A stretch of 64,000 nt of DNA from contig CAWCNY010000002.1 of assembly GCA_963797095.1 (NCBI GenBank), forward strand, positions 96,001 through 160,000, written 5' to 3'. The translations under genes and the position numbers were made by a program. Below are positions 1 to 10,787 of this stretch, piece after piece. The notes beneath the pieces are model-generated. The model worked only from the letters and a program-made list of their open reading frames with translations. It was not told where the DNA came from and did no database searches. Source of the stretch: an uncultured Chloroflexia bacterium (GTDB taxonomy: Bacteria > Chloroflexota > Chloroflexia > QHBQ01 > JADMIH01). The first letter of the stretch is position 1, and the number at the start of each line of letters is the position of its first letter.

Positions 1-874
1 CTGCATAGCGCAGAGGGGATAAGAGCAGCACGACCACACCGGGCAGCAACAAAAAAGTCAGGTAGTGATTGGTCAAAGAGAGGCCAATAGTAAACACCAG
101 CAGATGCGGTACCCGCACAGAGGAAGGCCACTCCCTCGATGGGCGGCGCGAAGCACCCGCCGCACCGCCTGCGATATCGGCAACCAGCGCCCTCCGAGCG
201 CGCAACGCCAGCCACAGGATAGCCATTACAAAAGCAAAGTGAAGCGTGTAGAACTTCCCCTGAGTCGCCCAATTCCAGAAAGTAAGCGATACAGCAAGCA
301 ACCCCGAAGCAGCCAACCCGCCTGCCACAGCTGCCCACTCAATTGCTGATCCATCTTCTTCAATCGCCCTATCCGGCGCCAGCCCAGGCGCGGGTGGTGC
401 GGCGCGCTTCTTGTTGCCTGTGCCGGAGGCTACTCGCGCAGATTTGCCGGATGTGCCTGCTCGTGCCGAGGCAGAAGTACGTGTTCGCGCGCCACGTGCT
501 ACCACAACACGCCGGAAAGCCTCCATTCCCACCAGCGTATCAACCACAAGCACATAGAAAAGGCCCACCGCCACCGCCCCAAAAAGCGCCGACACCAAGT
601 TCAGACGCCATGCCGGGTCGCCGAAAGGCAAATGAACGAACACTATTGCGATCAAAGTGTAGAGCGGATACCCCGGCGGGTGTGCTATCCCGGCGGTCCA
701 GGCAACCGTGGTCAACTCCCCGCTGTCGGTGAAGTTGAGCGTAGGCGAGCAGGTGATCAAGTAGAGAACAAATGCCGCCACTGCTGGCAACAAGGCAATA
801 GCGCTATTAGGCATTGGCCTGGCCGGGCTTGCCGTTGCCTTAGCTGTCTCTATACTTTTCGGCGATTGCTGCAC
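1..874 (-). CDS. DUF2723/TMEM260-like GT-C membrane glycosyltransferase (3' part outside window)
   Basis: Not in the ORF track; manual minus-strand translation gives LYLITCSPTLNFTDSGELTTVAWTAGIAHPPGYPLYTL...AWRLNLVSALFGA, the DUF2723 signature. Start is GTG 874 or ATG 814; in-frame stop upstream at 899-901. Confidence 0.8.
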   Translation of the reverse strand, partial: MQQSPKSIETAKATASPARPMPNSAIALLPAVAAFVLYLITCSPTLNFTDSGELTTVAWTAGIAHPPGYPLYTLIAIVFVHLPFGDPAWRLNLVSALFGAVAVGLFYVLVVDTLVGMEAFRRVVVARGARTRTSASARAGTSGKSARVASGTGNKKRAAPPAPGLAPDRAIEEDGSAIEWAAVAGGLAASGLLAVSLTFWNWATQGKFYTLHFAFVMAILWLALRARRALVADIAGGAAGASRRPSREWPSSVRVPHLLVFTIGLSLTNHYLTFLLLPGVVVLLLSPLRYA

Positions 875-1047
875 CTGCTCGGAACCTTCCTGGCTCTGTT
901 AGCCCAAATCGGCATGCCCAAAGCCACTCTCGTCTATGGCAGAAGTGATAGCGTTTGGCGACCGCTCCACATTATACGTGATGCGCGAGGGTTCTAAACA
1001 TGAAGCATCCCGAATATAAGATTCAGATTTGCAGACGTACAATCTTG

Positions 1048-1098
1048 TTCTAAAATAGCCAAAATCGCGGTTTTGCCGCGATTTTGGCTATTTTAGAA
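1048..1098. terminator. Perfect 23-bp stem-loop downstream of sigma factor gene
   Basis: ttctaaaatagccaaaatcgcgg-ttttg-ccgcgattttggctattttagaa, 25 bp after the sigma gene stop. Confidence 0.75.
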
Positions 1099-1123
1099 TG
1101 CTCTCCCCACCATACGCTCAATA

Positions 1124-2392
1124 TTACAGGTAGTCCTTGAACCGCTCGGTAAGCTGTGGCGACCGCAACTTCCGTAGCGCTTGTGCTTCGATCTGGCGCA
1201 CGCGCTCGCGGGTCAATCCCATGTGCTCACCCACCTTCTCCAACGGATACTGGTGTCCATCGCCCAGCCCGAAACGCATCTGTAGCACCAGCTTCTCCCT
1301 CGGCGTCAACACCTGTTCAAGCGTCGTCTGCAACTCGTCCTTCAACAGCTCAAGCCCGGCTTCCTCGTCTGGTGTGGCCAACTCGTTATCGCTGATGAAA
1401 TCGCTCAACTGGTTCTCGTCACTATCCTCTCCCAACGGCGCGTCAAGCGACATCGGGGCTTCGGCGGCCCGCAGTATCTCCCGTATCCTGTCGCCAGTCA
1501 TCCCCAGCGCCTCCCCGATCTCCTCAGGCTTGGCCTGCCGTCCCATCTTCTGCGAAATCTCCTGGCTGACCTGTGTGATCTTGCCCATCGCCTCCCCAAT
1601 ATGTGCCGGAAGCCGTATCGGGCGCGACTGCTCGGCGATGGCACGCAATATTGCCTGCCTTATCCACCACGTGGCGTAAGTAGAAAACTTAAACCCGCGC
1701 GACGGATCGAACTTGTGAACGGCCCGCAACAAGCCCATATTTCCTTCCTGGATCAAGTCCAGCAACGTAAGCCCCCTCCCCACGTACTTCTTGGCGATGC
1801 TCACTACTAGCCGCAAATTGGCGAGCACAAACTTCTGCGTCGCCTCTACATCTCCATCTGCTATCTTGTGGGCAAGCTCAAGCTCCTGGTCGCTCTTGAG
1901 GAGCGGTGCCTGGCTTATCTCGCGCAGATACAGGCGCACAGGGTCGGTTACGAACCCCGGATCGACGTTCGCTAGCCTGTCTATATCTGTGAGCATATTA
2001 TCGTCGGTGCTGTTTTCAAGATCATGATCTTCCGCCATCAATCGTGCATCCCCGTCCCTTGCCCCGTTCTTCTTTGAAGCGCTGGCATTGACCGCCGCGC
2101 CAAGCCTGGCATCTTCGGGGTCTGGGCTTTCAAGCGCTTCCTGCTCCATCTCCTTCAATTCCTGGTAGAGTTGCTCTCCTTCAGGGCTTTCTTCGCGTGC
2201 GACCTCGGTGGCGCTAGGTTCGTCCATCGGCACATATGTGTACTTTTCGACCAAAGCGATCTCCTCCTGGCTCAGTCGCGATCCGTTGGTGTGCGCGCCG
2301 CCACCCTTCTGTCGGATTCGCGTGCTATTCACAGGATCGCTGTCTGCTGTATCGCTGCTAATTACCTCATCCTTATGTGACTGCCTCGGCAT
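1124..2392 (-). CDS. RpoD/SigA-like sigma-70 factor (probably a non-primary paralog)
   Basis: [10 protein letters not shown] (1.2), [37 protein letters not shown] (2.3-2.4), TRERVRQIE (4.2); acidic low-complexity N-terminus. Confidence 0.9.
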   Translation of the reverse strand: MPRQSHKDEVISSDTADSDPVNSTRIRQKGGGAHTNGSRLSQEEIALVEKYTYVPMDEPSATEVAREESPEGEQLYQELKEMEQEALESPDPEDARLGAAVNASASKKNGARDGDARLMAEDHDLENSTDDNMLTDIDRLANVDPGFVTDPVRLYLREISQAPLLKSDQELELAHKIADGDVEATQKFVLANLRLVVSIAKKYVGRGLTLLDLIQEGNMGLLRAVHKFDPSRGFKFSTYATWWIRQAILRAIAEQSRPIRLPAHIGEAMGKITQVSQEISQKMGRQAKPEEIGEALGMTGDRIREILRAAEAPMSLDAPLGEDSDENQLSDFISDNELATPDEEAGLELLKDELQTTLEQVLTPREKLVLQMRFGLGDGHQYPLEKVGEHMGLTRERVRQIEAQALRKLRSPQLTERFKDYL

Positions 2393-2417
2393 CGCTGGCT
2401 CCTTTTATACCAGCCCC

Positions 2418-3485
2418 TCATATGGGAGCAATTATCATGCCTACACCCGGCTCGGCTATGACCTGGCCGTCCTGCACCACCGTTTGGCCCCTCAGCACCA
2501 CAGTGTGCACGCTACCGGTGACAGACATACCGTCGAACGGTGTCCAACCGCACTTCGTTTGAAGGCGGGTATCGTCAATGATCCACTTTTGCGTCGTATC
2601 TACTTCAATATACGTTTCAGGCTGCGGTTTTGTTCGAAAGATACGTGCCGGTGCATTGTACATCATCTCGACCAGCCGGTCTATCGTCAGCCGACCCTCG
2701 CTGACTGCGGTCAGCATCAGCGGCAAGGATGTCTCCAGGCCGGGCACGCCGAAAGGTGGCTTGGCGCTTCTCTTCTCCTCGATCGTGTGGGGGGCATGGT
2801 CTGTCGCGATCATATCTATCACGTCGATGTTGGCCCATAGCGCGTCGCGGTCGCGGACGCGTTTGAGCGGTGGGCGCATGATCCCCATCCCCTCAAGCCG
2901 TGGTACATCTTCTTCCGTCAAATACAGGTGGTGAGGCGCTACCTCGCAGGTGACTGGTAGTCCCCTCTCTTTAGCGTCACGAATAAGCTCGATCTCGATG
3001 GCCTCGCTCACGTGGCAGAAATGGACCCCTCGCCCTGTGGCCGGAACCAGCCCAAGCACCGCCGCCAGCGTGCGATCTTCCGCGTGCACGCACAATGGCC
3101 TGTTGTGCGGCCATGCAACCATAATGTCGCGGATCGTCTCTAGGTCCTCGATCTTCAAATCGCCCGTTGTATGGTCGAGATACAGCTTCAGGCCCACAAC
3201 CTGCGGGGCGACTTGCTCGAAAGTAGTGATGTTATCGGGTGATGCCCCGTAAAACAGGCCAACATCGCACACGATCTTGCCTTCCGCTGCCTCCCGCTTG
3301 CGTTGCAACGCCTCCGGTGACACAACGGGCGCGCCCGGATTATTAGGCATATCGAGGACCAGAGTGATCCCCCCTGCAACGGCCGCACGAGTGCCCGTAA
3401 GGAAATCTTCCTTATCGGTAGCGCCAGGGTCGCGCAAGTGTACGTGGGGGTCGATAAGTCCAGGCAGGCGAATAATCTGCGGCAT
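2418..3485 (-). CDS. pyrC: Dihydroorotase (amidohydrolase family)
   Basis: PGLIDPHVHLRDPG, DMPN, VTCEVAPHHL, ATDHAPHT, PFGVPGLET, CGWTPF; start trimmed to MPQIIR. Confidence 0.88.
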   Translation of the reverse strand: MPQIIRLPGLIDPHVHLRDPGATDKEDFLTGTRAAVAGGITLVLDMPNNPGAPVVSPEALQRKREAAEGKIVCDVGLFYGASPDNITTFEQVAPQVVGLKLYLDHTTGDLKIEDLETIRDIMVAWPHNRPLCVHAEDRTLAAVLGLVPATGRGVHFCHVSEAIEIELIRDAKERGLPVTCEVAPHHLYLTEEDVPRLEGMGIMRPPLKRVRDRDALWANIDVIDMIATDHAPHTIEEKRSAKPPFGVPGLETSLPLMLTAVSEGRLTIDRLVEMMYNAPARIFRTKPQPETYIEVDTTQKWIIDDTRLQTKCGWTPFDGMSVTGSVHTVVLRGQTVVQDGQVIAEPGVGMIIAPI

Positions 3486-3582
3486 ACTAGCATTGTACCG
3501 CCTGTAACACAAAACGCAAAATGGCTCTGTCCTCCATCTTTTCTCTACTTTGGCTACCTGCCATTAAGGTACAATAAATACC
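3486..3582. promoter_or_regulatory. Back-to-back sigma-70 -10 boxes (TACAAT), probable leaderless starts
   Basis: TACAAT at 3492-3497 (-) is 6 nt from the pyrC ATG; TACAAT at 3570-3575 (+) is 7 nt from the esterase ATG; no SD fits in between. Confidence 0.6.
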
Positions 3583-4266
3583 ATGAATGACGACCCAGAC
3601 CTGAACCTCATGCACATAGTCCGCCCCGCATCCGAGCGCCCCACCGATGGCGCGCCTGTACCAGGACTCCTCCTTCTGCATGGCCGTGGAGCCGACGAAG
3701 GCGACCTGCTGGGGTTAGAAGGTGCACTCGATCCGCGCTTCACCATTGTCAGCCCGCGTGCTCCCTACCGCCTCGGCCCAGGCTGGGCCTGGTATGGTAT
3801 GCCGGAGATCGGCAGGCCGGACCCCGAATCGTTTCTCGCCAGCCTTTCTGACCTGCGCGACTTCGTAGCTGATCTGCCTGCCGCTTATGGGATAGATCCC
3901 AACAGGCTCTATATATTAGGGTTCAGCCAGGGCGCGATCATAGGCTCCGTGCTGACCATGATCACGCCAACTACAGTGCGTGGCATAGTCATGCATAGCG
4001 GGTACGTGCCCCAGGCTCTTGGCAACATCGAGCTTGATATCAAACCCGATGGCCTGGCGGGCAAGCCTTTCTTTGTCGCCCACGGCAAGTATGACGACAC
4101 GCTGCCCGTAGCTTTCGCCCGCGACTCCTATGAATACTTACAAGAGGTCGGTGCCGACGTAATCTATCAGGAGTACCCCATAGGCCATTCGATCAGCGAA
4201 GAAAGCCTCTACGACCTCAGCGAGTGGCTCACCCTTCAACTCGACAGCAAAAGGCCGCTGGCTTAA
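3583..4266 (+). CDS. Phospholipase/carboxylesterase, alpha/beta hydrolase
   Basis: LLHGRG, GFSQG nucleophile motif, HGKYDD, GHSI catalytic His. Confidence 0.88.
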   Translation: MNDDPDLNLMHIVRPASERPTDGAPVPGLLLLHGRGADEGDLLGLEGALDPRFTIVSPRAPYRLGPGWAWYGMPEIGRPDPESFLASLSDLRDFVADLPAAYGIDPNRLYILGFSQGAIIGSVLTMITPTTVRGIVMHSGYVPQALGNIELDIKPDGLAGKPFFVAHGKYDDTLPVAFARDSYEYLQEVGADVIYQEYPIGHSISEESLYDLSEWLTLQLDSKRPLA

Positions 4267-4350
4267 ATGCAAAATCGGCGGTTATACCGCCAATTCTTTC
4301 TTGTCTAACGCCCTCCCCGGATAAGTCGTTAGATTGGGCCGCTTTACGCT

Positions 4351-4731
4351 TTAGTAGCGGTTGCGGTTTCTGTTCGCGCCTGCGCCGACCGTGTTATAGC
4401 AGTCGGAGCAATAGACGGGCTTGTCGCCGCGTGGTACGAACGGAACCTGTGTCTCTTGGCCGCAGTTCGCGCATGTGACCGTGGTCATCGTGCGCTCGCG
4501 GTTGTAGCCACCACCACCGCCGCCATAGCCACCGCTGCTGTAGCCGCCGCCCCCGCCGTAGCCGCCATAGTTGTCGCCATAGCCACTATTGCGGTTTGCC
4601 TTCTTGGCCGCTCGGCAAGACGGGCAGCGAGTAGGCTCGCTGAAACCCTTCTGCGCATAGAAAGCCTGCTCACCTTCAGTGAAGGTGAAAGTCGCACCGC
4701 ACTCGCGGCACGTAAGTATCTTATCTGCCAT
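4351..4731 (-). CDS. Zinc-ribbon protein (zf-trcl plus CxxC-x17-CxxC) with Gly/Tyr-rich linker
   Basis: DKILTCRECGATFTFTEGEQAFYAQKGFSEPTRCPSCR; C-terminal CANC...VPFVPRGDKPVYCSDC. Confidence 0.88.
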   Translation of the reverse strand: MADKILTCRECGATFTFTEGEQAFYAQKGFSEPTRCPSCRAAKKANRNSGYGDNYGGYGGGGGYSSGGYGGGGGGYNRERTMTTVTCANCGQETQVPFVPRGDKPVYCSDCYNTVGAGANRNRNRY

Positions 4732-4971
4732 ATTTGCTCTTTCTTCCCCTTTGTGCGTGTAGGAAACCTAAATTTACTCCGGTGTCTGGCACAGAAGTGT
4801 AGAGTAGAGGGTGTTCACGCATATACCGGGGAGGAAAGCGCGAGAAATCCTGCTTACCTATGACCTTTGCCAGTTCCAACCACTACCAATTGTAACACAC
4901 TTATTCTTGAATAGCAATAGCTTGCTTACATGCGAGTCATGCTGAGAATATGAGCACAAACAAGGCGCTGA

Positions 4972-5352
4972 TTATCCTACTTTTAGCACAGAAAGTATGT
5001 TACCCGCCGGGTCCTTGAACCAGGCTATGTCCGGGCCTCGACCTGAGGATAGCCCTCGAAGAATACCCTTCTCATCAGTAATATTCTCGTAGTGCTCGAA
5101 CTCGACCCCCTTGCCGGTCAATTCATCTACCGCTTCATCGATGTCGTCAACGGGGAAATTTAGAATCGTGTAAGTCGCAGGAACATGGTCGTCCTTAGGG
5201 TAAACAAAGATGCCGTTTCCGCCCTCGATCTTAAGCATCAGATTTGCGGCCTCCTCTTCCACATCAAGCCCCAAAGTCTGCCCGTAAAACTCCCTTGCCG
5301 AGCCCAGGTCGTTTACCGAAAAACCGCTGAATGCTTTGGTATCCTTGAACAC
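4972..5352 (-). CDS. VOC/glyoxalase family protein
   Basis: [34 protein letters not shown]; GTG 5352 preceded by AGGAGG. Confidence 0.85.
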   Translation of the reverse strand: MFKDTKAFSGFSVNDLGSAREFYGQTLGLDVEEEAANLMLKIEGGNGIFVYPKDDHVPATYTILNFPVDDIDEAVDELTGKGVEFEHYENITDEKGILRGLSSGRGPDIAWFKDPAGNILSVLKVG

Positions 5353-5411
5353 TTTTCCCCTCCTGTCTTTCCTTAGCTTTGCTATGAATACTCGATACTC
5401 AGGCGCGCCCG

Positions 5412-7943
5412 TTATTGCAGCCCTTGGACCAGCCCCGCATATTTGTCTACCAGCTTGCGCGCCTCCGACTCCGTATCCGCTTCCGCGATCACATGGAACA
5501 GAGGGCGGTCTGCGTCCGGCAGGATCAAAGCCCACTCGCCCTTACCCAGGTCTATCTTGACCCCATCTACCTGCCGGGTAGCGGTATCGTGGTATTGCTC
5601 ATTAAGTATGCGCATCACCCGCCCCTTATTCTCCCAGGGGCAGGGCACACGGGCGCTCCAGGTGGCATAGTGAGGCAGGTTATCTACTGCCTGCGTAAAT
5701 GTTATCCCTTGGGACGAAGTAAGTTCCAGCACCTTCGCGACGGCGAACAGGCCATCGGCTGCCGGGTGGAATTGCGGGAAGATAAACCCCACCAACCCAC
5801 CGCGAGCGTCGCCCGCCACCACCACACCCGCGCGCAACGCCGCCGACATCAGCGCGTACGAATTGAACCGGGCGCGTACGATCTCGGCTCCATACTTGGC
5901 GGCGATCTTCTCGAAGATCGAAGGGGCATACACCGGCACAACCGCCAGGCCCCCCGTACCCGTCTTCTCTTTGTGCTGCGCGAGCGCCATGTCCACCACC
6001 GCGGCCATTGAAGTCATCTCAGGGATGCGCTTACCGCGTGCATCCACAAACACCACGCGCTCTCCTCCTGGGTCTATACGCACGCCGAACCCCGCATCCA
6101 GCGTGCACGTGATCGCCCCCAACCTCGATATAGCCTCGTCGAATTGCTCGTCGGTCTGGTACAACGATGCTTCGTGTACTACGGCATTGAGGGCCACCAC
6201 GTCGGCATTGAGCCTGCCGAGCAAATCAGGCAGCACCAGGCTAGGTGATGAATTGGCATAGTCCACCGCGATGCGATTGTACTTGTCAGGCGCGTTCTTG
6301 ATCGCATCCACGTCCAGTTGCCGCAAATACGCTACTCCGTAGCGATGCTCCACATCATTGGCGTAGTCGATCCGCCCCACATCCTCCAGGTACACGCGTC
6401 GGAAGTCTTCGCGGAAGAAATAACCCTCTATCTTGCGCTCTGCCGCCTTGTCCAGATCCAGGCCGCGCTTGTCGAAGAACTTGATATCCACCACGCGAGC
6501 GTCAAATGGCGACAGGCGTACGTGCACCCCACCCGCCGCATTGATGGCTCGTGTGTAAAAGCGTGCCACCGGGATCGGCACGTTGCGTAAGTCGAGCACA
6601 TTGATCCCTGCTGACGGTAACCCTGATATGATAGCGCGCTTGATCATACGCGGTGTGTAATGGCTGTCGCGGTTGACCGTAACCGTGCTCCCCTTCGGAA
6701 AGATTCCCCCGTAGGCCGCGCCCAGCTTGGCTGCGAACTCAGGCGTAAGGTCGACGTTCACCAGTCCCGTGACCCCGAAGCGCCCAAACAGGTTGCGGCG
6801 GCCCTGCGCACCCCAGATCAGCGACGATGCAATAGTGGCCCCGCTCTCTATCTCTTTGGCGGGCCATATCTTTACGTTGGGGCGCACCACCGCGTTCTCG
6901 CCTATGATCGTCGTATCGCCTATCACCGCCCCCTCGAACACCATTGCATGTGGCTTCACGTTTACCTGCGTCTGGAGGATGGCCCCACGCACCTCTGCCC
7001 TCTCTCCGACATAACAGTTGCGCCAGATAATAGCCCGGTCTATCGTAGCGCGTGACTCAATGATCGTAGAGTCGCGTATGACCGCTGGCCCGCGAATCAC
7101 CGCTCCATCTTTTACCCTCACGCCCGCGCCCAGGTACACAGGGCCTATGACCTGCGCGTCTCGGTCGATCTCTACCTCTTCTTCTACCCAGATACCGGAC
7201 CCCGGCTCAAGCTCCCTCCCTTCGCGTGGCAGATTCAATTGTCCGCTCAAATAATCGGCTGTCGCGATCATATAATCAGGAATAGATCCAATATCGCACC
7301 AGTAGCCCTCGGCCACATAGCCGAACATCGGGCGTCCTTTTTCAAGAAGGAGTGGGAACAATTGATTGCTGAAATCAAACACCTGCCCCTCATCATAGTA
7401 ATCGAACACCTCAGGCTCAAGAACATAAATGCCGGTGTTGACCGTGTCCGAAAAAACCTCGCCCCAACTGGGCTTCTCCTGGAACTGGCGTACCTTACCA
7501 TCATCATCAATAATCACCACCCCGTATTCGAGTGGATTGGGCATACGCTTGAGCACCAGCGTAGCCACTGCCTTCCGCTCTTTGTGATACTCGATAGCTG
7601 CTGACAGGTCGAAATCGGTCAGCGCATCGCCTGAGATCACAATGAAGGTCTCATCCAGCCACTCGCCTGCCTGGCGCACAGAACCGGCAGTGCCCAGGGG
7701 CGACTCCTCCACCGTATAGCTGATCTTCATCCCGAAGGTAGAGCCATCCCCCAGGTTCTCCTGAATTACGGCAGCGAGATATTGCAGCGTAATCACCACC
7801 TCGGTGATCCCGTGCCGCTTCAACAACTCTAAAATGTGGGTGATAACAGGACGATCTACCACGGGGACCATCGGCTTGGGACGCCGGATCGTCAACGGGC
7901 GCAGACGCGAGCCTTCGCCTCCTGCCATGATTACTGCTTTCAC
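5412..7943 (-). CDS. Mannose-1-phosphate guanylyltransferase fused to phosphomannomutase-like domain
   Basis: [16 protein letters not shown] nucleotidyltransferase motif, EKP, hexapeptide LbH region, then phosphohexomutase fold (LFGRFGV, DGVK). Confidence 0.88.
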   Translation of the reverse strand: MKAVIMAGGEGSRLRPLTIRRPKPMVPVVDRPVITHILELLKRHGITEVVITLQYLAAVIQENLGDGSTFGMKISYTVEESPLGTAGSVRQAGEWLDETFIVISGDALTDFDLSAAIEYHKERKAVATLVLKRMPNPLEYGVVIIDDDGKVRQFQEKPSWGEVFSDTVNTGIYVLEPEVFDYYDEGQVFDFSNQLFPLLLEKGRPMFGYVAEGYWCDIGSIPDYMIATADYLSGQLNLPREGRELEPGSGIWVEEEVEIDRDAQVIGPVYLGAGVRVKDGAVIRGPAVIRDSTIIESRATIDRAIIWRNCYVGERAEVRGAILQTQVNVKPHAMVFEGAVIGDTTIIGENAVVRPNVKIWPAKEIESGATIASSLIWGAQGRRNLFGRFGVTGLVNVDLTPEFAAKLGAAYGGIFPKGSTVTVNRDSHYTPRMIKRAIISGLPSAGINVLDLRNVPIPVARFYTRAINAAGGVHVRLSPFDARVVDIKFFDKRGLDLDKAAERKIEGYFFREDFRRVYLEDVGRIDYANDVEHRYGVAYLRQLDVDAIKNAPDKYNRIAVDYANSSPSLVLPDLLGRLNADVVALNAVVHEASLYQTDEQFDEAISRLGAITCTLDAGFGVRIDPGGERVVFVDARGKRIPEMTSMAAVVDMALAQHKEKTGTGGLAVVPVYAPSIFEKIAAKYGAEIVRARFNSYALMSAALRAGVVVAGDARGGLVGFIFPQFHPAADGLFAVAKVLELTSSQGITFTQAVDNLPHYATWSARVPCPWENKGRVMRILNEQYHDTATRQVDGVKIDLGKGEWALILPDADRPLFHVIAEADTESEARKLVDKYAGLVQGLQ

Positions 7944-8194
7944 GGGTTTGCCTCCAATACTAGGACGAGGGGCGAAAAGCGATGGATGAAATTAAATTCA
8001 GGGCTACTCGGCCATGATCTTGGCTCATTCTCCCAGGCCCGTCGTCTTTCACCCTCACCGCTGCCTGCGTGCTTGAGGCGGGTGCAGGCGCGCCTTTGCG
8101 CCCGATCTAGTGGATTATACACGATGCACTCAGGAACAAAAAGAGGTATCATAGCGTCTACACTGTGCAGTCTAATTGCTCTCAGGAGGAAAGC

Positions 8195-8683
8195 ATGCTG
8201 ATAAGATTCGCCAGATTAGTAATCGCCGTAGGGTTGCTTGTTGCCCTTGCTGCCTGCGATAGTACCTCGCCCACGGCCACGCCCGTGACGCCCGCCACAC
8301 CCACTACCTCCCTCACTCCCACTACCTTCATCCTCGATACTACCGGCACTATCGCCGGTATCCACCAGACCCTGACCATAGGCGAGTCGCGCACCGCCAC
8401 CTTCAAGGACGGCTCCAACCCGGAGACTAAGATCACCGTCCCCGATCAGCAATATGCCGACCTGGTGACCCAGGTATCCAAAGCCGACTTCTTCAACCTC
8501 CAGGACAGCTACGATTCAGGCACAGTGTCCGACGACATATATTACTCGCTCACAGTAAAGCAAGGCTCACAGTCCAAGACAGTCAAAGTCGCAGGAGTAG
8601 GTGGCAAGGACATCACCCCTCAAGCCCTGAGCGACCTGATTACCATGCTTCTGAACATCCAGAACGGCGGAGCAACATCTTAG
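8195..8683 (+). CDS. Lipoprotein, possibly emfourin (protealysin inhibitor)-like
   Basis: AGGAGG SD, lipobox LAAC, PT-rich linker; GxIAG...FF.L...D..YY.LTV pattern recalls emfourin-like proteins (family call is weak). Confidence 0.65.
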   Translation: MLIRFARLVIAVGLLVALAACDSTSPTATPVTPATPTTSLTPTTFILDTTGTIAGIHQTLTIGESRTATFKDGSNPETKITVPDQQYADLVTQVSKADFFNLQDSYDSGTVSDDIYYSLTVKQGSQSKTVKVAGVGGKDITPQALSDLITMLLNIQNGGATS

Positions 8684-8854
8684 TTAAGAACGAAAGACGC
8701 AATATGCCGAACGAATCAAGCAACCTGGAGCTATTCGTGATAGAATAGAAACGCTTTGGCCTACCCTGCCAGGTGACGCCACTCGTCACCCGCCATTCAT
8801 CGCCCTCCGGTAACCATCCGGCGTCCTTCCTCTTTCGTCCCATAAGGAGCAACC

Positions 8855-9334
8855 ATGTCAGACGAAGTACCGGCGATCCTCACGAACGTCGACATTCAGA
8901 AGATCATCCCGCATCGCTACCCATTTTTGCTGGTGGATAAGATTATCGAGATCGAGTGGGGCAAGCGGGCCATCGGAATCAAGAATGTCACGGTCAACGA
9001 GCCTTTCTTCCAGGGCCACTTCCCCGGCTTCCCGGTTATGCCCGGTGTCCTCATGATCGAAGCTCTCGCCCAGGTGGGGGCTGTGGCAGTGCTTGGGATG
9101 CCTGAGAACAAAGATAAACTGGCCTTCTTCGCCGGTATAGACGAGGTGCGCTTCAAGCGCCAGGTAGTGCCGGGTGACACCCTTCGCCTGGAAGTCACCC
9201 TCACGAGAGTGCGCGGCCCTATCGGGCAGGGCACGGGAGAAGCCACAGTTGACGGGCAATTAGCCTGCCGTGGGTCGTTCATGTTTGCGCTGGCTAATAA
9301 AGACCAGGGTTTGGGTACAGGAGATCAGGGTTGA
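8855..9334 (+). CDS. fabZ: 3-hydroxyacyl-ACP dehydratase
   Basis: [30 protein letters not shown]. Confidence 0.95.
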   Translation: MSDEVPAILTNVDIQKIIPHRYPFLLVDKIIEIEWGKRAIGIKNVTVNEPFFQGHFPGFPVMPGVLMIEALAQVGAVAVLGMPENKDKLAFFAGIDEVRFKRQVVPGDTLRLEVTLTRVRGPIGQGTGEATVDGQLACRGSFMFALANKDQGLGTGDQG

Positions 9335-9380
9335 CCTATATGTGACCCATGTTCCCCGATCTCACTCCCGGAGCTATCGG

Positions 9381-10223
9381 ATGGGAGCGGAACAGGCATC
9401 ACATACTAAACCGGCTGTCGAGGCAATTGTTGAGGAAGCCGAGACATTACATGGCGGTACTTGGATACACGTCAAGTCAGCATGTCTGCATAATGCCGAC
9501 CTAAGCGAGCGTGTACTCTGGTGCCTGGGTGTGGACTGGCAGCGCACATGCCAAAATTTGGGCCAGGCTACTAAGATCAGCCTGCTATTCAATGCCGCTT
9601 TCTGTTGGGAGTGGTGGGCCGTTGCCGGTTATCGGCTCTCGTATTGGGTAAATTCACGCCGCATCCCCTACCTGGGACGCCACCACATTTTGCAGTATTT
9701 ATTGGTTATGCAGCAGGGCGTACTTCTGCGCTTTTGTTACATGGTAGGCCGCTTGCTCGAAGCCCTGAGCGGGGCACGCCTCAGCGGCCTTGCCGAGATC
9801 GGCCCCGGCCTGCTGCTCGCTCACACCGGCTCTTGCGGTATCGGGAGTGGAGTCAAGATCGGCCACACATTCACCCTTTTCCAGGATGCCAGTATCGTGG
9901 GCGAAGGTGGCGAAATATCAGCTCCGGTGATAGGTGACTACGTGACCGTTTATAGCGGAGCGCGCGTATACGGCCCTGTACACATTGGAGATGGTGCCCA
10001 AATAGGCGCAAACGCCCTGGTCCTGCGTGATATCCCGCCGGGATGCCTGGCAATCGGCTTACCTGCGCGTCCCATCGCACCAGGCGCGCATGCCCCTCCC
10101 TACCCGGCATCCTTCCAGGTGCGCGACCTTGTCGCTACCCTTGTCGAAAAAGGCGCTCTAAAGGAAACTGCACCGGGCCGCTACATTGACGCGGCCACAG
10201 GCGAGGAGATCACGGTTCAATAA
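9381..10223 (+). CDS. CysE/WcaB-like hexapeptide-repeat O-acetyltransferase
   Basis: AEIGPGLLLAH, PVIGDYVTVYSGARVYGPVHIGDGAQIGANALVLRDIP; start uncertain. Confidence 0.75.
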   Translation: MGAEQASHTKPAVEAIVEEAETLHGGTWIHVKSACLHNADLSERVLWCLGVDWQRTCQNLGQATKISLLFNAAFCWEWWAVAGYRLSYWVNSRRIPYLGRHHILQYLLVMQQGVLLRFCYMVGRLLEALSGARLSGLAEIGPGLLLAHTGSCGIGSGVKIGHTFTLFQDASIVGEGGEISAPVIGDYVTVYSGARVYGPVHIGDGAQIGANALVLRDIPPGCLAIGLPARPIAPGAHAPPYPASFQVRDLVATLVEKGALKETAPGRYIDAATGEEITVQ

Positions 10224-10228
10224 CGCTA

Positions 10229-10606
10229 CTATCCGAAATAGCCCAACTCGTCTTTAGCTTCCTCGCTCATCATCGAAGGGTGCCAGGGTGGCGAGAACAC
10301 CAGGTGCACATCCACTTCTTCCAGGTCGTCAAACCGCGAAAGTGATCGCCGCACGTTAGTGATCAACTCCGGCCCGATCGGGCAGCCTGGGCTGGTTAGC
10401 GTCATTGTAATATCAGCTTTGTTATCCGCCACGGTGACATCATACACAAGACCCAGGTCCACAATATTCAGGCCCAACTCAGGGTCGTACACCTCGTTCC
10501 GAAGGGTCTCGCGCACATCGTCATAACTGGTGCCCGTAGCGCCATTAGTGTGTGCAGGCGCAGATGTAGTTTCTTGTATTGGCGTTGCATCTTGTATGTC
10601 AGCCAT
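10229..10606 (-). CDS. Metal-sulfur cluster assembly factor (DUF59/SufT-like)
   Basis: VYDPELGLNIVDLGLVY, MTLTSPGCP, PPW..MMSEEAK; AGGAGG SD. Confidence 0.9.
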   Translation of the reverse strand: MADIQDATPIQETTSAPAHTNGATGTSYDDVRETLRNEVYDPELGLNIVDLGLVYDVTVADNKADITMTLTSPGCPIGPELITNVRRSLSRFDDLEEVDVHLVFSPPWHPSMMSEEAKDELGYFG

Positions 10607-10787
10607 AATATACCTCCTTTACTTTCGGAGCTTATACCCTATTATAACGCACAATATTTCAGAACCAAATAACACAAACATTGTTGAACGTTAGTAAGGG
10701 TGCAAGCAGGTCAGTTTGCTCAGTATATCGTCAAGTATAATGTGCGACAAAATACCGCGGCGATCAATCAGCCCTGCATCTGCATGT

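Noticed and set aside
9381-10223. lpxA, because a hexapeptide acyltransferase follows fabZ
   Set aside because: The sequence is CysE/WcaB-like with a short C-terminal beta-helix, and no other lpx genes are present.
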